Of a stretch of 64,000 nt of DNA, positions 9,422 through 18,409 are shown piece after piece; position 1 is the stretch's first letter; each line of letters starts with the position of its first letter. The notes under the pieces are model-generated. The model saw nothing but the letters and a program-made list of their open reading frames with translations. It did not search any database and had not been told where the DNA came from. A program made the translations under genes and the position numbers. Source of the DNA: a virus; the IMG/VR virus record IMGVR_UViG_3300022562_001344, positions 18,277-82,276 of that record. One strand, 5' to 3'.

Positions 9422-9950
9422 ACCGGCGGGTCTACGCTGGGTCATCGTCGAGCTCTCTCCGACCGGAGAGCGAGAAGGAGACGTGAACACGATCCGAGCG
9501 TCTGTCCGGAAGATTCTCCGGGTTCAAGACCTCCGCGTCTTTGTTCCTGCTGTTTCTCAACAGGTCCGGGACGAGTCCCAGACCTTTTTCTTCATGGACG
9601 GGTACGTCTTCGTTGAGTACCGGCCTGGGATCTCATATCTCTCCTTGAGGGACACTGCGTTCTTTCGGGACGTCCTGTGTAATTCGACCAGAGCACCGAA
9701 CAAGGAGTCGTCTTACTCCCTTCTCACTGACGCGGACCTCGACCCGATGCGGAGCGGGATGAACGAGATGAAGTGTGGCTCGTTCGAGATCGGGAACCGC
9801 GTCCGTGTCGTTGTAGGTTCCTACAAGAATCTCCGCGGCGAGATATCCGTCGTCTACAATGAACAGACTGTCCAGGTTTCCGTGAGCCACCTATCCTCGA
9901 AGCGCGTCCTCATCGACTTTCCGACAACGTATCTGGTATTGGAGGAATGA
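9357..9950 (+). CDS. NusG-like transcription elongation/antitermination factor (start uncertain)
   Basis: NGN-like WVIVEL..VFVPA..FMDGYVFVEY and KOW FEIGNRVRVVVGSYKNLRGEI. Confidence 0.8.
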   Translation: MPHSQKRNSSPTSSESSEQSVEPAGLRWVIVELSPTGEREGDVNTIRASVRKILRVQDLRVFVPAVSQQVRDESQTFFFMDGYVFVEYRPGISYLSLRDTAFFRDVLCNSTRAPNKESSYSLLTDADLDPMRSGMNEMKCGSFEIGNRVRVVVGSYKNLRGEISVVYNEQTVQVSVSHLSSKRVLIDFPTTYLVLEE

Positions 9951-10948
9951 CTGTAGGACGGAACGTCCTTGTGGACGGGAACAACCTGATCCACCGGGCT
10001 CACGCGGTCTTCGTCAAGGACCGTGAGCCACACGACGTTCTCGCTTCGCCGTCTGGTTATCCTACTGGTCTGATCTACGGCGTCTTCTCGATGCTGTCGG
10101 ATTGGGTTTCGGAGATTTCCAATCCGACCCATATGGCTTTCTTTCTGGACGGACGTCCGGCGAAACGCCTCGCTATCGATCCGACGTACAAAACCAAAGA
10201 CAAGCAAGACCGACCTGGTTCCGCGGAGTGCCCTGTAACTCTCTCAGATGGGTTCGTGGCGTCCAACGAGATGGAGGTGGTCGTCCATCTTCTTGGGCTT
10301 CTTGGCGTCGATGTCTATCACCATCCGAATGAAGAGGCCGACGATCTGATCGCCAGCTACGTTGCTTCGAGGCCCGGTGACATGCACGTCATCGTGTCCT
10401 CGGACATCGACTTCTACCAGCTCCTGGATGGGAACGACAGGGTCGTCCTATTTCGTCCCGGCACCGGCTCGAACCGGTTTTTCGACGCAGAGCGTGCTGA
10501 GGAGCACCTACTGAATAGGTTCAAGGTTCGTGTCCCGCCCGGGAACGTCCGCATGTTCAAGGCCCTGACCGGAGATCCGTCGGATGGGATCACCGGAGTC
10601 CCGCGCCTTAGGAAGAAGGTCGCGGCTCCCCTGTGCCATCTTAAGAGCGTCGATGATCTCTTCGAGACTGGGCTCCCGAACTTCTCGAAGGCGGAGCGGG
10701 AAAAGGCCGAGTCCCTGAGGGACCAGATACGCTTGAATTATGAGCTGGTCGGGCTCAACTCGACCCTCGATCTCTCCGAGGCTCTTCTTCCGCCGAGCCC
10801 GGACTTGGCTGCTGCGTCCAGGGTCCTCAGGGATGATCTCGGCATCACGACTGTGTTTCCGCATGTCTTTGAGTTCGGGAAGTCCCGCGTCAGGACGTCT
10901 TCTCCGACGCCCTACGACTTGCTTCCGGACTTTCTGAAAGACATTTGA
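9947..10948 (+). CDS. 5'-3' exonuclease / flap endonuclease (PolA N-terminal type)
   Basis: LVDGNNLIHRA, EADDLIA, SSDIDFYQL, LTGDPSDGITGV. Confidence 0.93.
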   Translation: MTVGRNVLVDGNNLIHRAHAVFVKDREPHDVLASPSGYPTGLIYGVFSMLSDWVSEISNPTHMAFFLDGRPAKRLAIDPTYKTKDKQDRPGSAECPVTLSDGFVASNEMEVVVHLLGLLGVDVYHHPNEEADDLIASYVASRPGDMHVIVSSDIDFYQLLDGNDRVVLFRPGTGSNRFFDAERAEEHLLNRFKVRVPPGNVRMFKALTGDPSDGITGVPRLRKKVAAPLCHLKSVDDLFETGLPNFSKAEREKAESLRDQIRLNYELVGLNSTLDLSEALLPPSPDLAAASRVLRDDLGITTVFPHVFEFGKSRVRTSSPTPYDLLPDFLKDI

Positions 10949-10995
10949 GGTCTGAGTCCGGTAAAGTATTGCGACAGCTTGGTCCCGTCAGGCGA

Positions 10996-11097
10996 CCCAG
11001 TCGGATACCGATACCCGATACGCAGACGCATCTTTGGCCCTTCGGGCCGATACGGATACCGGACACTTCCGCGGTCATACGGCCGTTCTCGACTGGG
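10996..11097 (+). promoter_or_regulatory. structured 5' leader with GATAC repeats
   Basis: CCCAGTCG (10996) pairs CGACTGGG (11090-11097); GGCC-cTTCGg hairpin 11036-11048; GATAC at 11004, 11010, 11017, 11049, 11055. Confidence 0.45.
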
Positions 11098-11107
11098 AGC
11101 CCAACTG

Positions 11108-11884
11108 ATGTCTCATATCCTGATTCAGGACCCTAGTGACCTATCTGCTAGATTCAGCAACAAGGACCGGCTCGGGTACGACGGTGACGGGTCCGACTTC
11201 GAAATCGACGCTCTGATCGAGAAGGAGCTCGCTCCGGAACCGGAGGAGGACCTGATCGCGGATGACCGTCCGGCCTTGGAGTTCGAGGCAATCGAGCGGT
11301 ATCTTCCGAGAATCCCGTCCCGGGAGAAGGACCTCATCTCCCTCTACTACCGCGACCGGATGAAGCAAGAGCAGATAGCCAGGCTTTTTGGTATCACTCA
11401 GGCCGCCGTCTCCTACAGGCTTCACCGGGGTATCCGGCGCATTCAGTTTCTCAGGACGATCCCGGAGCTCGAGCAGGACGTCTTCAGGTTCGAGCTTGGT
11501 CCGAAGTTCTCCGGCCAGGATCTCGAGATTCTGTGGCGCATGTACGAGACGACGTGCCAGTCCGCCATCGCGAAGGAGATGAACCTGACGCAGGGGAGGG
11601 TTCGCCATCGCTTCTTCAGGTCTCTCTCTCGGATCAAGGAGCTCATCGCCGAGGAGGTTCGCGTCCGAGAGGCTCAGATCCGCGAGATGATCAGCCGGGG
11701 CCGTCAGTTCTCCAAGGAGGAGTACCAGGAAGAGCTCGACAGGACGATCGAAGAGTCGAAGTACGGAAAGTACTGGACCGTCTTCTACGCCATCTCGGAC
11801 CGTCACTTCAACATTCTGCACGAGGTCTCCCTCCCTCAGTTCCGGGACCGCGGGGACGCGCAGATTATCTCTTCGGACGCATGA
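11108..11884 (+). CDS. sigma-70 region-4-like HTH protein (two HTH units)
   Basis: REKDLISLYY..MKQEQIARLFGITQAAVSYRLHR and QSAIAKEMNLTQGRVRHR. Confidence 0.75.
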   Translation: MSHILIQDPSDLSARFSNKDRLGYDGDGSDFEIDALIEKELAPEPEEDLIADDRPALEFEAIERYLPRIPSREKDLISLYYRDRMKQEQIARLFGITQAAVSYRLHRGIRRIQFLRTIPELEQDVFRFELGPKFSGQDLEILWRMYETTCQSAIAKEMNLTQGRVRHRFFRSLSRIKELIAEEVRVREAQIREMISRGRQFSKEEYQEELDRTIEESKYGKYWTVFYAISDRHFNILHEVSLPQFRDRGDAQIISSDA

Positions 11885-11916
11885 GGCGTCTGGGCCGTTA
11901 ATCGGAGGTTGGTGCC

Positions 11917-12357
11917 ATGACGCCCGCCTCAGTGGCAGAACGCCTCCGTTTGCTGGCCGGTTCCTTGAGCCATCCAGGTGTCTCGGACGTCTCCCCTGCC
12001 CTGCGTGAGCTGCGTCGTATTGCCGCAGAGGTGGACGGTCCGATTTCTCTCAAGCTGATCAGTTCAGAGCCGTACGAAGGCTCGGATCATGACGAGACGT
12101 CTTACGTCCAAGAGTGGCAGTTCACCCTCTCGGACGGGACGAAGATCAAGACGACGACCACGGTCGGCTGGGGTGAGGAGCCGTTCGATGTCCCTCACGG
12201 GACGACGGAGCTGAACGTTTGCGGACACCCCCTCACGGTCGAGGAGATCCTTGGGATGGTCATCTCTACCGGCGACGGGCCGACCGAGGATGGTGAGTCG
12301 GTCAAGCTGGACGGGGACTGGTGCTCCCGAATGGGAGAGGTAGGTCATCTCCGATGA
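11917..12357 (+). CDS. hypothetical protein
   Basis: GGAGG SD, 146 aa, VAERLRLLA / LRRIAA N-terminal helices. Confidence 0.65.
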   Translation: MTPASVAERLRLLAGSLSHPGVSDVSPALRELRRIAAEVDGPISLKLISSEPYEGSDHDETSYVQEWQFTLSDGTKIKTTTTVGWGEEPFDVPHGTTELNVCGHPLTVEEILGMVISTGDGPTEDGESVKLDGDWCSRMGEVGHLR

Positions 12358-13256
12358 GCGTCACTGTCAAAGGCGGTTGCTACGAGTTCAGCAAGGCCTC
12401 TGTCGGCGGCCAGTGGTCTTGGAGCGTCCGTGCGAACAACACGCAGGGCGTCGGCCAGCTCTATGAGGTCATCGACCTTCTGACTCCCTACGGCCCGCTC
12501 GTCAACACCCAGATCCCGATCCCTGGCGACATCGTTCTGGCCATGTCTGACTCCCTCATGGACGTTCAGGGCCAGCTCGCCCCGTTGCTTGCCTTGGTGC
12601 AGCCCGCGACGACGTCCTACACCGTCACCATCACCGAGGGCGACTCGGACCAGGCGGTCGCGACCGTCGACTTTCAGAACGTCGGCGCGTTCGGTTCGTT
12701 CATGGCCGTCACGGCGACTCCCGGCGCCGCTTGGCTGGGCGCTACCCCGGAGTATACGTCCGGCATTGGGAAGAACGAGGCCGGGTCGGTCGCCATCTCC
12801 GTCCTTACGTCGACCCTTCTCCAGTCTGGGTCCCCGTATTCCTCCGTCGTGAACCTCCAGGACAACCGCGACCCGCCGACGGTCATACCGATCACGGTCA
12901 ACGTCGTTGTCCTTCCGCGGCCCGTCATTCTCACCAGTCCGTCTACGGTGAGCCTCACCTACGTCATCGCCACGGCGACCCCGGGCGCCTCCCAGCTCTT
13001 GACGGTCCAGAACTCCGGCCCTTCCGGATCCTCTCTGGAGTGGACGGCCGCGAAGGTGAACGGGGCCACGTGGTTCGACTTCACCCCGGCGAGCGGAGGG
13101 CCGCTCGCCTCGGGCGCCTCCGAGGATATCACGGTTTCCGTCGTCTCGACGGAGGTCCCCGCCGTCCCCGGCACGTACACGGAGACGCTCCGCATCTCAT
13201 CTTCGAACGCGTCGAACAGCCCGGTCGACGTCACGGTGGTCCTCGTCGTCAGCTGA
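12354..13256 (+). CDS. virion protein with two BACON/Ig-like domains
   Basis: FQNVGA..AAWL..TP and LTVQNSG..LEWTA..ATWFDFTPASG..GTYTETLRI..SPVDVTV. Confidence 0.75.
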   Translation: MSVTVKGGCYEFSKASVGGQWSWSVRANNTQGVGQLYEVIDLLTPYGPLVNTQIPIPGDIVLAMSDSLMDVQGQLAPLLALVQPATTSYTVTITEGDSDQAVATVDFQNVGAFGSFMAVTATPGAAWLGATPEYTSGIGKNEAGSVAISVLTSTLLQSGSPYSSVVNLQDNRDPPTVIPITVNVVVLPRPVILTSPSTVSLTYVIATATPGASQLLTVQNSGPSGSSLEWTAAKVNGATWFDFTPASGGPLASGASEDITVSVVSTEVPAVPGTYTETLRISSSNASNSPVDVTVVLVVS

Positions 13257-13304
13257 ACTGGTCGATAGGCTTGTTGTCAAGTGAGGTTCTGGAGGACCAG
13301 GACT

Positions 13305-13577
13305 ATGAGTAACTTCAAGCTCGAGGACTTCCGGACCTCCTCCAGCTCCATCGACGACTTCCTGAATTCGGACCCGCCCCCGCGGCCCCGTCAGGCGTCC
13401 GGCGGGAAGATCAGGGTCTCCAGCCTGCGACAGATCGTCGGGGCCGGGTTCCAGTTTGTCGCGAGCGACAAACTGGTCCGCATCTCCCAGAAGGACTTCT
13501 GGCGACTCGGCGAGGACGAGAACGGGCCGTTCATCGAGAGGCTCGTCAGCGACGACGAAGGACCTGTGAGGGACTGA
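13305..13577 (+). CDS. hypothetical head-module protein
   Basis: GGAGGA SD; LVRISQKDFWRL..FIERLV. Confidence 0.7.
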   Translation: MSNFKLEDFRTSSSSIDDFLNSDPPPRPRQASGGKIRVSSLRQIVGAGFQFVASDKLVRISQKDFWRLGEDENGPFIERLVSDDEGPVRD

Positions 13578-13580
13578 CGC

Positions 13581-14669
13581 ATGGATCTCGACCTCAGGAA
13601 AGCGGCCATCAGAGTTGCCACCGGTGGCCGGGCTTCGGGGCGCATTCGGACCGCGGGCAGGATCGAGTTCGTCCGGGATCAGGGTCCCGTGCGGCGCGAC
13701 ATCCGCGTCAAAGACTTCGAGTGGAATCCCGAAACCCTCAGGAATCTGACGAAGATCCTCTGGGCCGTGGAGAGGTCGCACGGATACGCCATCTCCGCCC
13801 TCAGGCTCTTCTCCAGGATGCCGTCCTCCCAGTTCAGCCCGGACGGGCTGCTCGGCGGACGCGGGTACATCCAGCAGGTACGGGAGATGCGCTCGAGCCT
13901 CTCTCAGGCCGTAGAGACCCTGTCGGCTTTCACGGACACCATCCACGACGAGATCAACGCCCCTCACTGGGCCGCCGGCGAGGACCCTATCGCGAACGAG
14001 ATGATGGAGGGAGTCGAAGAGGTCAAGGCGAACCCGGAGGGGTTTGTCGAGAAGCAGTTCAAGAAAGAAATTCCGGAGGCTGCCGAGGCCATCGGGAATC
14101 CCTCCCCGGACGACTACAACCCGTTCGTCAACGCGGAGGAAGACGAGGATGGGGAAGACGGATCCGACTGGTGGGGTCAATACGGGGAAGACGACGAAGA
14201 AGGCCCGCGCCTCTCGGCTACGCGCCTCGCTGACTCTTCCGTACCTCCCGAGACCCTTCCCGGGCCGCGCGTCATGCACGTTGGCCCCGGTGAGAGTCCC
14301 GAGCCGTTCGGCTACTTCACGGATCAGGGCGAGGTCCCGTCCGACGACCCGTCCGGCGCCGGTTTCGTCCAGTATGACCGAATCCTGGAGGATGGCTTCG
14401 AGGGCGGGGTGACCGGCGACGGGTCGACCGACGGCGATTCTTCCGTCTTCAAGATGTCCGCGGAGTCCCTCGTAAGGTCTGGGGCCACGTACTCATGGCT
14501 CCCTGGCGCGGACAATCAGAAGATCATGAACTACTACGAGCCCGGGCTCACGGAGGCCGAGGTCGAGTGGATGCGGGCGCACAGCAACCCGGATCCTCCG
14601 CCCGGATCGAACCGCCCGGCGGCCAGGCCGAGGATGGACCCGCTCTGGGAGTCCCGCATGGAGGGGTGA
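13581..14669 (+). CDS. acidic hypothetical head-module protein
   Basis: 362 aa ORF, N-terminal RVA/RTA motifs. Confidence 0.75.
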   Translation: MDLDLRKAAIRVATGGRASGRIRTAGRIEFVRDQGPVRRDIRVKDFEWNPETLRNLTKILWAVERSHGYAISALRLFSRMPSSQFSPDGLLGGRGYIQQVREMRSSLSQAVETLSAFTDTIHDEINAPHWAAGEDPIANEMMEGVEEVKANPEGFVEKQFKKEIPEAAEAIGNPSPDDYNPFVNAEEDEDGEDGSDWWGQYGEDDEEGPRLSATRLADSSVPPETLPGPRVMHVGPGESPEPFGYFTDQGEVPSDDPSGAGFVQYDRILEDGFEGGVTGDGSTDGDSSVFKMSAESLVRSGATYSWLPGADNQKIMNYYEPGLTEAEVEWMRAHSNPDPPPGSNRPAARPRMDPLWESRMEG

Positions 14670-15826
14670 TGCCTTCGGCTCTCCCGACTGATAACGCGTG
14701 GAGCAAGGCCGTCAAGGACTTCGGCCTCGGCCCATACGACGGAGCCTCGGACGACACGTCCCCGAAGGGGGAGGACGATGAGCGCAAGGAGCCGGCCGGG
14801 AAATCCCTCCCCGATGGCGGAGCTCCGGACGACATGCCCATCGAGTACTATCTCGGTTATCCGCAGGAGGAGGCGATGGGGTGGAAGCACTCGTCCGATT
14901 CTCTTCCGGGTGACCTGGATCGCCCACCTCGCGGAAAGAACCCGGGCTACAACACGAAGGACGACGTCGTCCCGACCGTCGGCCCTCCCCCTCATTCCGT
15001 CACCGACGATGACGACGACGGGGACCCTGATCATTCGCAGCTCCCGAACGGAAGCCTGCCGGCGGCCCGTTCGGACTACTACGACCGGACCGTGTACGGT
15101 TTCGCCCTCGGGGCTACGGTCGACCAGATCTGGCCGTCCGAGGACTCCGGGGCCTACGCCGGCGAGGAAAAGGACGCGTCCGACCTCGACGAGGACCGGG
15201 AAGAGGGTTCTGGCCTCCCGACCCCCGCCCGCGACGACCACATGATGGGTGACTTCCTCGAGTCCTTAGGGAACTCGGACCAGGGGTTCGTGTGGGAGGA
15301 CAGGTCCACGCCGAAGGGTTTCCCCGCCGAGGACTTCAAGGAGAACGTGGACTATCCGAAGTCGAATGATGACACGCTCGGACGTCTCATGGCCAGTTTT
15401 GGCGCTTCTATTGCGTCTCGAAATTTGGGTGAACCTATGACTGACCGGACTGCCACGGACCTCAAGCTTGTCACGGACTTGACGAAGGACTTTGTCAAGA
15501 AGTTTGGCAAGAAGAACATCGTCCGCCGGCACGTCCTCGCGTTTCTGCAGGACCGGCAGCTCCCCCAGTACCTTGCGTCGGACATCGTCAGGTGCCTGAA
15601 GCATCAGCACAAGGTCGTCATTCCCGACGTCATGGATACGTTCCCGCTCGGGCACGTCGCGAGCGCCGGTCGGACGAGCCTCGGCTCGGCGTACCGTGAC
15701 ATCGTCCAGCTCCGGATCCGCCACTCTGACGACCCGGAGGTCGACCTGGTCATGCGCCGGTGCGCCTCCCGGATCAGCGACGTCCTCGCTACCCTGGACA
15801 CCCTCGAGGTGGGCGATGCCCAATAA
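14669..15826 (+). CDS. acidic, low-complexity hypothetical protein
   Basis: TGATG coupling; D/P/G-rich N-terminus, basic helical C-terminus. Confidence 0.7.
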   Translation: MPSALPTDNAWSKAVKDFGLGPYDGASDDTSPKGEDDERKEPAGKSLPDGGAPDDMPIEYYLGYPQEEAMGWKHSSDSLPGDLDRPPRGKNPGYNTKDDVVPTVGPPPHSVTDDDDDGDPDHSQLPNGSLPAARSDYYDRTVYGFALGATVDQIWPSEDSGAYAGEEKDASDLDEDREEGSGLPTPARDDHMMGDFLESLGNSDQGFVWEDRSTPKGFPAEDFKENVDYPKSNDDTLGRLMASFGASIASRNLGEPMTDRTATDLKLVTDLTKDFVKKFGKKNIVRRHVLAFLQDRQLPQYLASDIVRCLKHQHKVVIPDVMDTFPLGHVASAGRTSLGSAYRDIVQLRIRHSDDPEVDLVMRRCASRISDVLATLDTLEVGDAQ

Positions 15827-17765
15827 GCTCCCCGAGCTCTCCGGCGCCTCCGGTCTCGGAGAGATCGACGACATTCTGCACGACCAAAGCGTCTCCGACC
15901 TCTCCTGGCTCGACGTCGACACCGACGACTACAGGGCCCACGAGGCCCTGCCGAAGCAGAACCTTGACTGGATCCCGGAGGTCACGAAGGCCCTGATGGA
16001 GGACGAACGCGATCCGCGCGTCCCCATGCGGATCCCCCTTCGACGGAAGACAATCGTCAACTCCAATCCGCTCGAGAGGCCCCAGCTACCCGTCAGGTCC
16101 TCCCGCGCCTCCGTGATCAACCGAACGGCGGCCTACGTCATGGCTGGCCTGAGGCCCTCCCAGGTCCAGGCCAGGCTCTCCTCCGAGTTTGGTCCTGGGG
16201 ACCTGAAGTCCTCGCAACAGGACATTGAGTCCGTCCTTTCCGAGTCTGGCCTCCTTGGGAACGTCTACATCAACTCCTCGCATTTTCCGAGGTGTGCCCA
16301 GACCGGCGCGCATCGGGAGTTCGTGGCGAAGCACGGAAAGCGTGCCCTCTTCGTCTTGTCGAAGCCGGAGTGCGCCGGCTGCGTCCACAACGCAGGCGGC
16401 CGTTGTGCGTCGTTCAAGAAGCTTGTTGTCGACCAGGTCCCGTACGACGAGAGGACTTACGCCCACTACCTGCCCCAGCTCCAGTCGGAGCGGCGCGCTT
16501 CGGCGGACGACGCGCCCCAGGTCTCGATGTCCGACCTGGCCAGGAAGAGGAGGCTTCAAGCCGCGTTCGGTAGGTCTCCGGCCCCTCCTCGTCCCGATCC
16601 GGTGCGGACGATCCAGCACCATGCGAGGCCTGCGAAGCCGTCCATCACGGAGCAGGACGTCCAAGATTTCTGGAGGCGAAGGTCCTCGGGCTCCTCAGAG
16701 CCTATGCCGGGCCCCATCTATCTGATGGCGGCCAAGCGCATCATGCTCGGGACGGCGGACGCCCGCTCTCTCGTCGCTTCCTCAGACTCCGAGGTACGCA
16801 AGCTCGCCTTCGAGCACGGGATCCTCGGGCACACCTACCTGGACGGGGACGCTCTTGGCGGGCCCCGGGCTGCTCTCGACCTCATTTCATCTCGCGGCCT
16901 CTCCCCGGACTTCGTCCTCCTGCGGAAGGCGTACTCCGACCCGGCGTCCTCCGACGCCCTTCCGAAGCTCGCCCAGATGACGCAGGTCGCCTCCGTTCGT
17001 CCGGAGATCGGGCGGGACGCCTTCGTTCGTGCGTGCGAGCGGGCTTGCTCCTCCGGACGCATGTCCTCGGAGCAGGCAGGGTCTGCCATCAAGAACGCGA
17101 AGGACGGGTCCCCGTGGGCCCGCCTCGTCGCCCAGGCGAACCTCTATGCGCCCCCGGTCCCGGAGGCCCTCACGGCCGCGTCCTCCGCCCCGCGCGGGAG
17201 CTTCTTCCACGGGGACACCTCCGGTTCTAGGGACTCCAGGATGGAGCCGGGCGAGGTTCGCAGGACCATCGCTCACATGATGAACACGGGCTTGTACGGG
17301 AAGGCGCTTAGGAGCGCCATCCTCGCCCGCTACACGAGGTCCGACCTCGCTCAGGTCCCGGAGGTCGGACGCGCTTTGGCCGCGGATGACGGCGTCCAGG
17401 GCTTCTACTTCATCGATCCTTCCGTCTACCGTGACTATGGTCGGGGGTGCGCGGACGGGTCGAAGCTCTTCCGAAAGCAGGGCGCGGACCGCGTCCTCGC
17501 CGGTCCCGCCTGCACCGGATGTATGCACCAGACGGCCCCGAGCTGGTGTAACAAATACGCGAAGCAGATCATCCGTCAGATCCCGGAGGCCGAGCGCCGT
17601 CAGGCCGCGGAGCGCCGAAGCCTCCCCCTCGTCCCGGCGAATCAAGCCCCGATCACGAACCCGGTCGAGGAGTACGGCCTGGCTGCCGAGCTCCCGGTTG
17701 ATCTTCCGAGTCCGAAGTCCAAGGACGTCGAGATCGTGATCGCTTCGCCGGAGGTGTCCGGCTAA
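15816..17765 (+). CDS. large protein with repeated Cys-cluster modules
   Basis: GAGGTGG SD; GLLGNVY / GILGHTY / GVQGFYF repeats; PECAGC..RC and PACTGC..WC. Confidence 0.75.
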   Translation: MPNKLPELSGASGLGEIDDILHDQSVSDLSWLDVDTDDYRAHEALPKQNLDWIPEVTKALMEDERDPRVPMRIPLRRKTIVNSNPLERPQLPVRSSRASVINRTAAYVMAGLRPSQVQARLSSEFGPGDLKSSQQDIESVLSESGLLGNVYINSSHFPRCAQTGAHREFVAKHGKRALFVLSKPECAGCVHNAGGRCASFKKLVVDQVPYDERTYAHYLPQLQSERRASADDAPQVSMSDLARKRRLQAAFGRSPAPPRPDPVRTIQHHARPAKPSITEQDVQDFWRRRSSGSSEPMPGPIYLMAAKRIMLGTADARSLVASSDSEVRKLAFEHGILGHTYLDGDALGGPRAALDLISSRGLSPDFVLLRKAYSDPASSDALPKLAQMTQVASVRPEIGRDAFVRACERACSSGRMSSEQAGSAIKNAKDGSPWARLVAQANLYAPPVPEALTAASSAPRGSFFHGDTSGSRDSRMEPGEVRRTIAHMMNTGLYGKALRSAILARYTRSDLAQVPEVGRALAADDGVQGFYFIDPSVYRDYGRGCADGSKLFRKQGADRVLAGPACTGCMHQTAPSWCNKYAKQIIRQIPEAERRQAAERRSLPLVPANQAPITNPVEEYGLAAELPVDLPSPKSKDVEIVIASPEVSG

Positions 17766-17786
17766 GACCGAGTAAGGTTTTACCGG

Positions 17787-18392
17787 ATGAGCGAAGGTCC
17801 CCCCACTGACGAAAACGGCGAAGAAGGGAAGGGCAGGAAGAGCCCGAACCTCATAGTCTTGCCCGGCGGAAAGGAGCTGGATCCCTCCGACGTCGGGGCC
17901 GGATATGTCGTGAGGCAGACCGGGGACGTCCCCACCCCGGACATCATGGACCCCGTCCAGGCGGACGAGGAGGTGCGGCGCCGCGACAGGTTCGTCCAGG
18001 GCGAGAAGCTTGTTAAGGCCGCCCACAACGGTGCGACGACCGGCGAGATGATGGAGCTCCTGGTCAAGGAGATCACCGAGGAGCTCGCTCACCTGAAGTT
18101 CGAGCGCAAGAAGGCGTCCGAGGAGGGAAAAAATACGGCCAACTACAGCGTCGGCCGGATGAACAGCCTCAAGTCTCTGGCGGAACTCCTCCTGAAGTGC
18201 CGTGAAGCCGATCGAGCCGAGGCCCTGGATCTGAAGTCCCCCCGTTTCCAGGCCGTCTTCAAGATATGGATGGAGTTCTTTAACGAGGCCATGGAGAAGG
18301 CGGGGATCCGCCCTCAGGACATTGACCTCGTCTTCCAGCAGATGAAGGCGGACATGGTGGACTGGGAAAAGCGTATGACCGATGTGCGTTAG
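17787..18392 (+). CDS. possible terminase small subunit
   Basis: 201 aa helical protein directly upstream of TerL (position only). Confidence 0.45.
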   Translation: MSEGPPTDENGEEGKGRKSPNLIVLPGGKELDPSDVGAGYVVRQTGDVPTPDIMDPVQADEEVRRRDRFVQGEKLVKAAHNGATTGEMMELLVKEITEELAHLKFERKKASEEGKNTANYSVGRMNSLKSLAELLLKCREADRAEALDLKSPRFQAVFKIWMEFFNEAMEKAGIRPQDIDLVFQQMKADMVDWEKRMTDVR

Positions 18393-18409
18393 CGCTCCTG
18401 GCGAGACCG

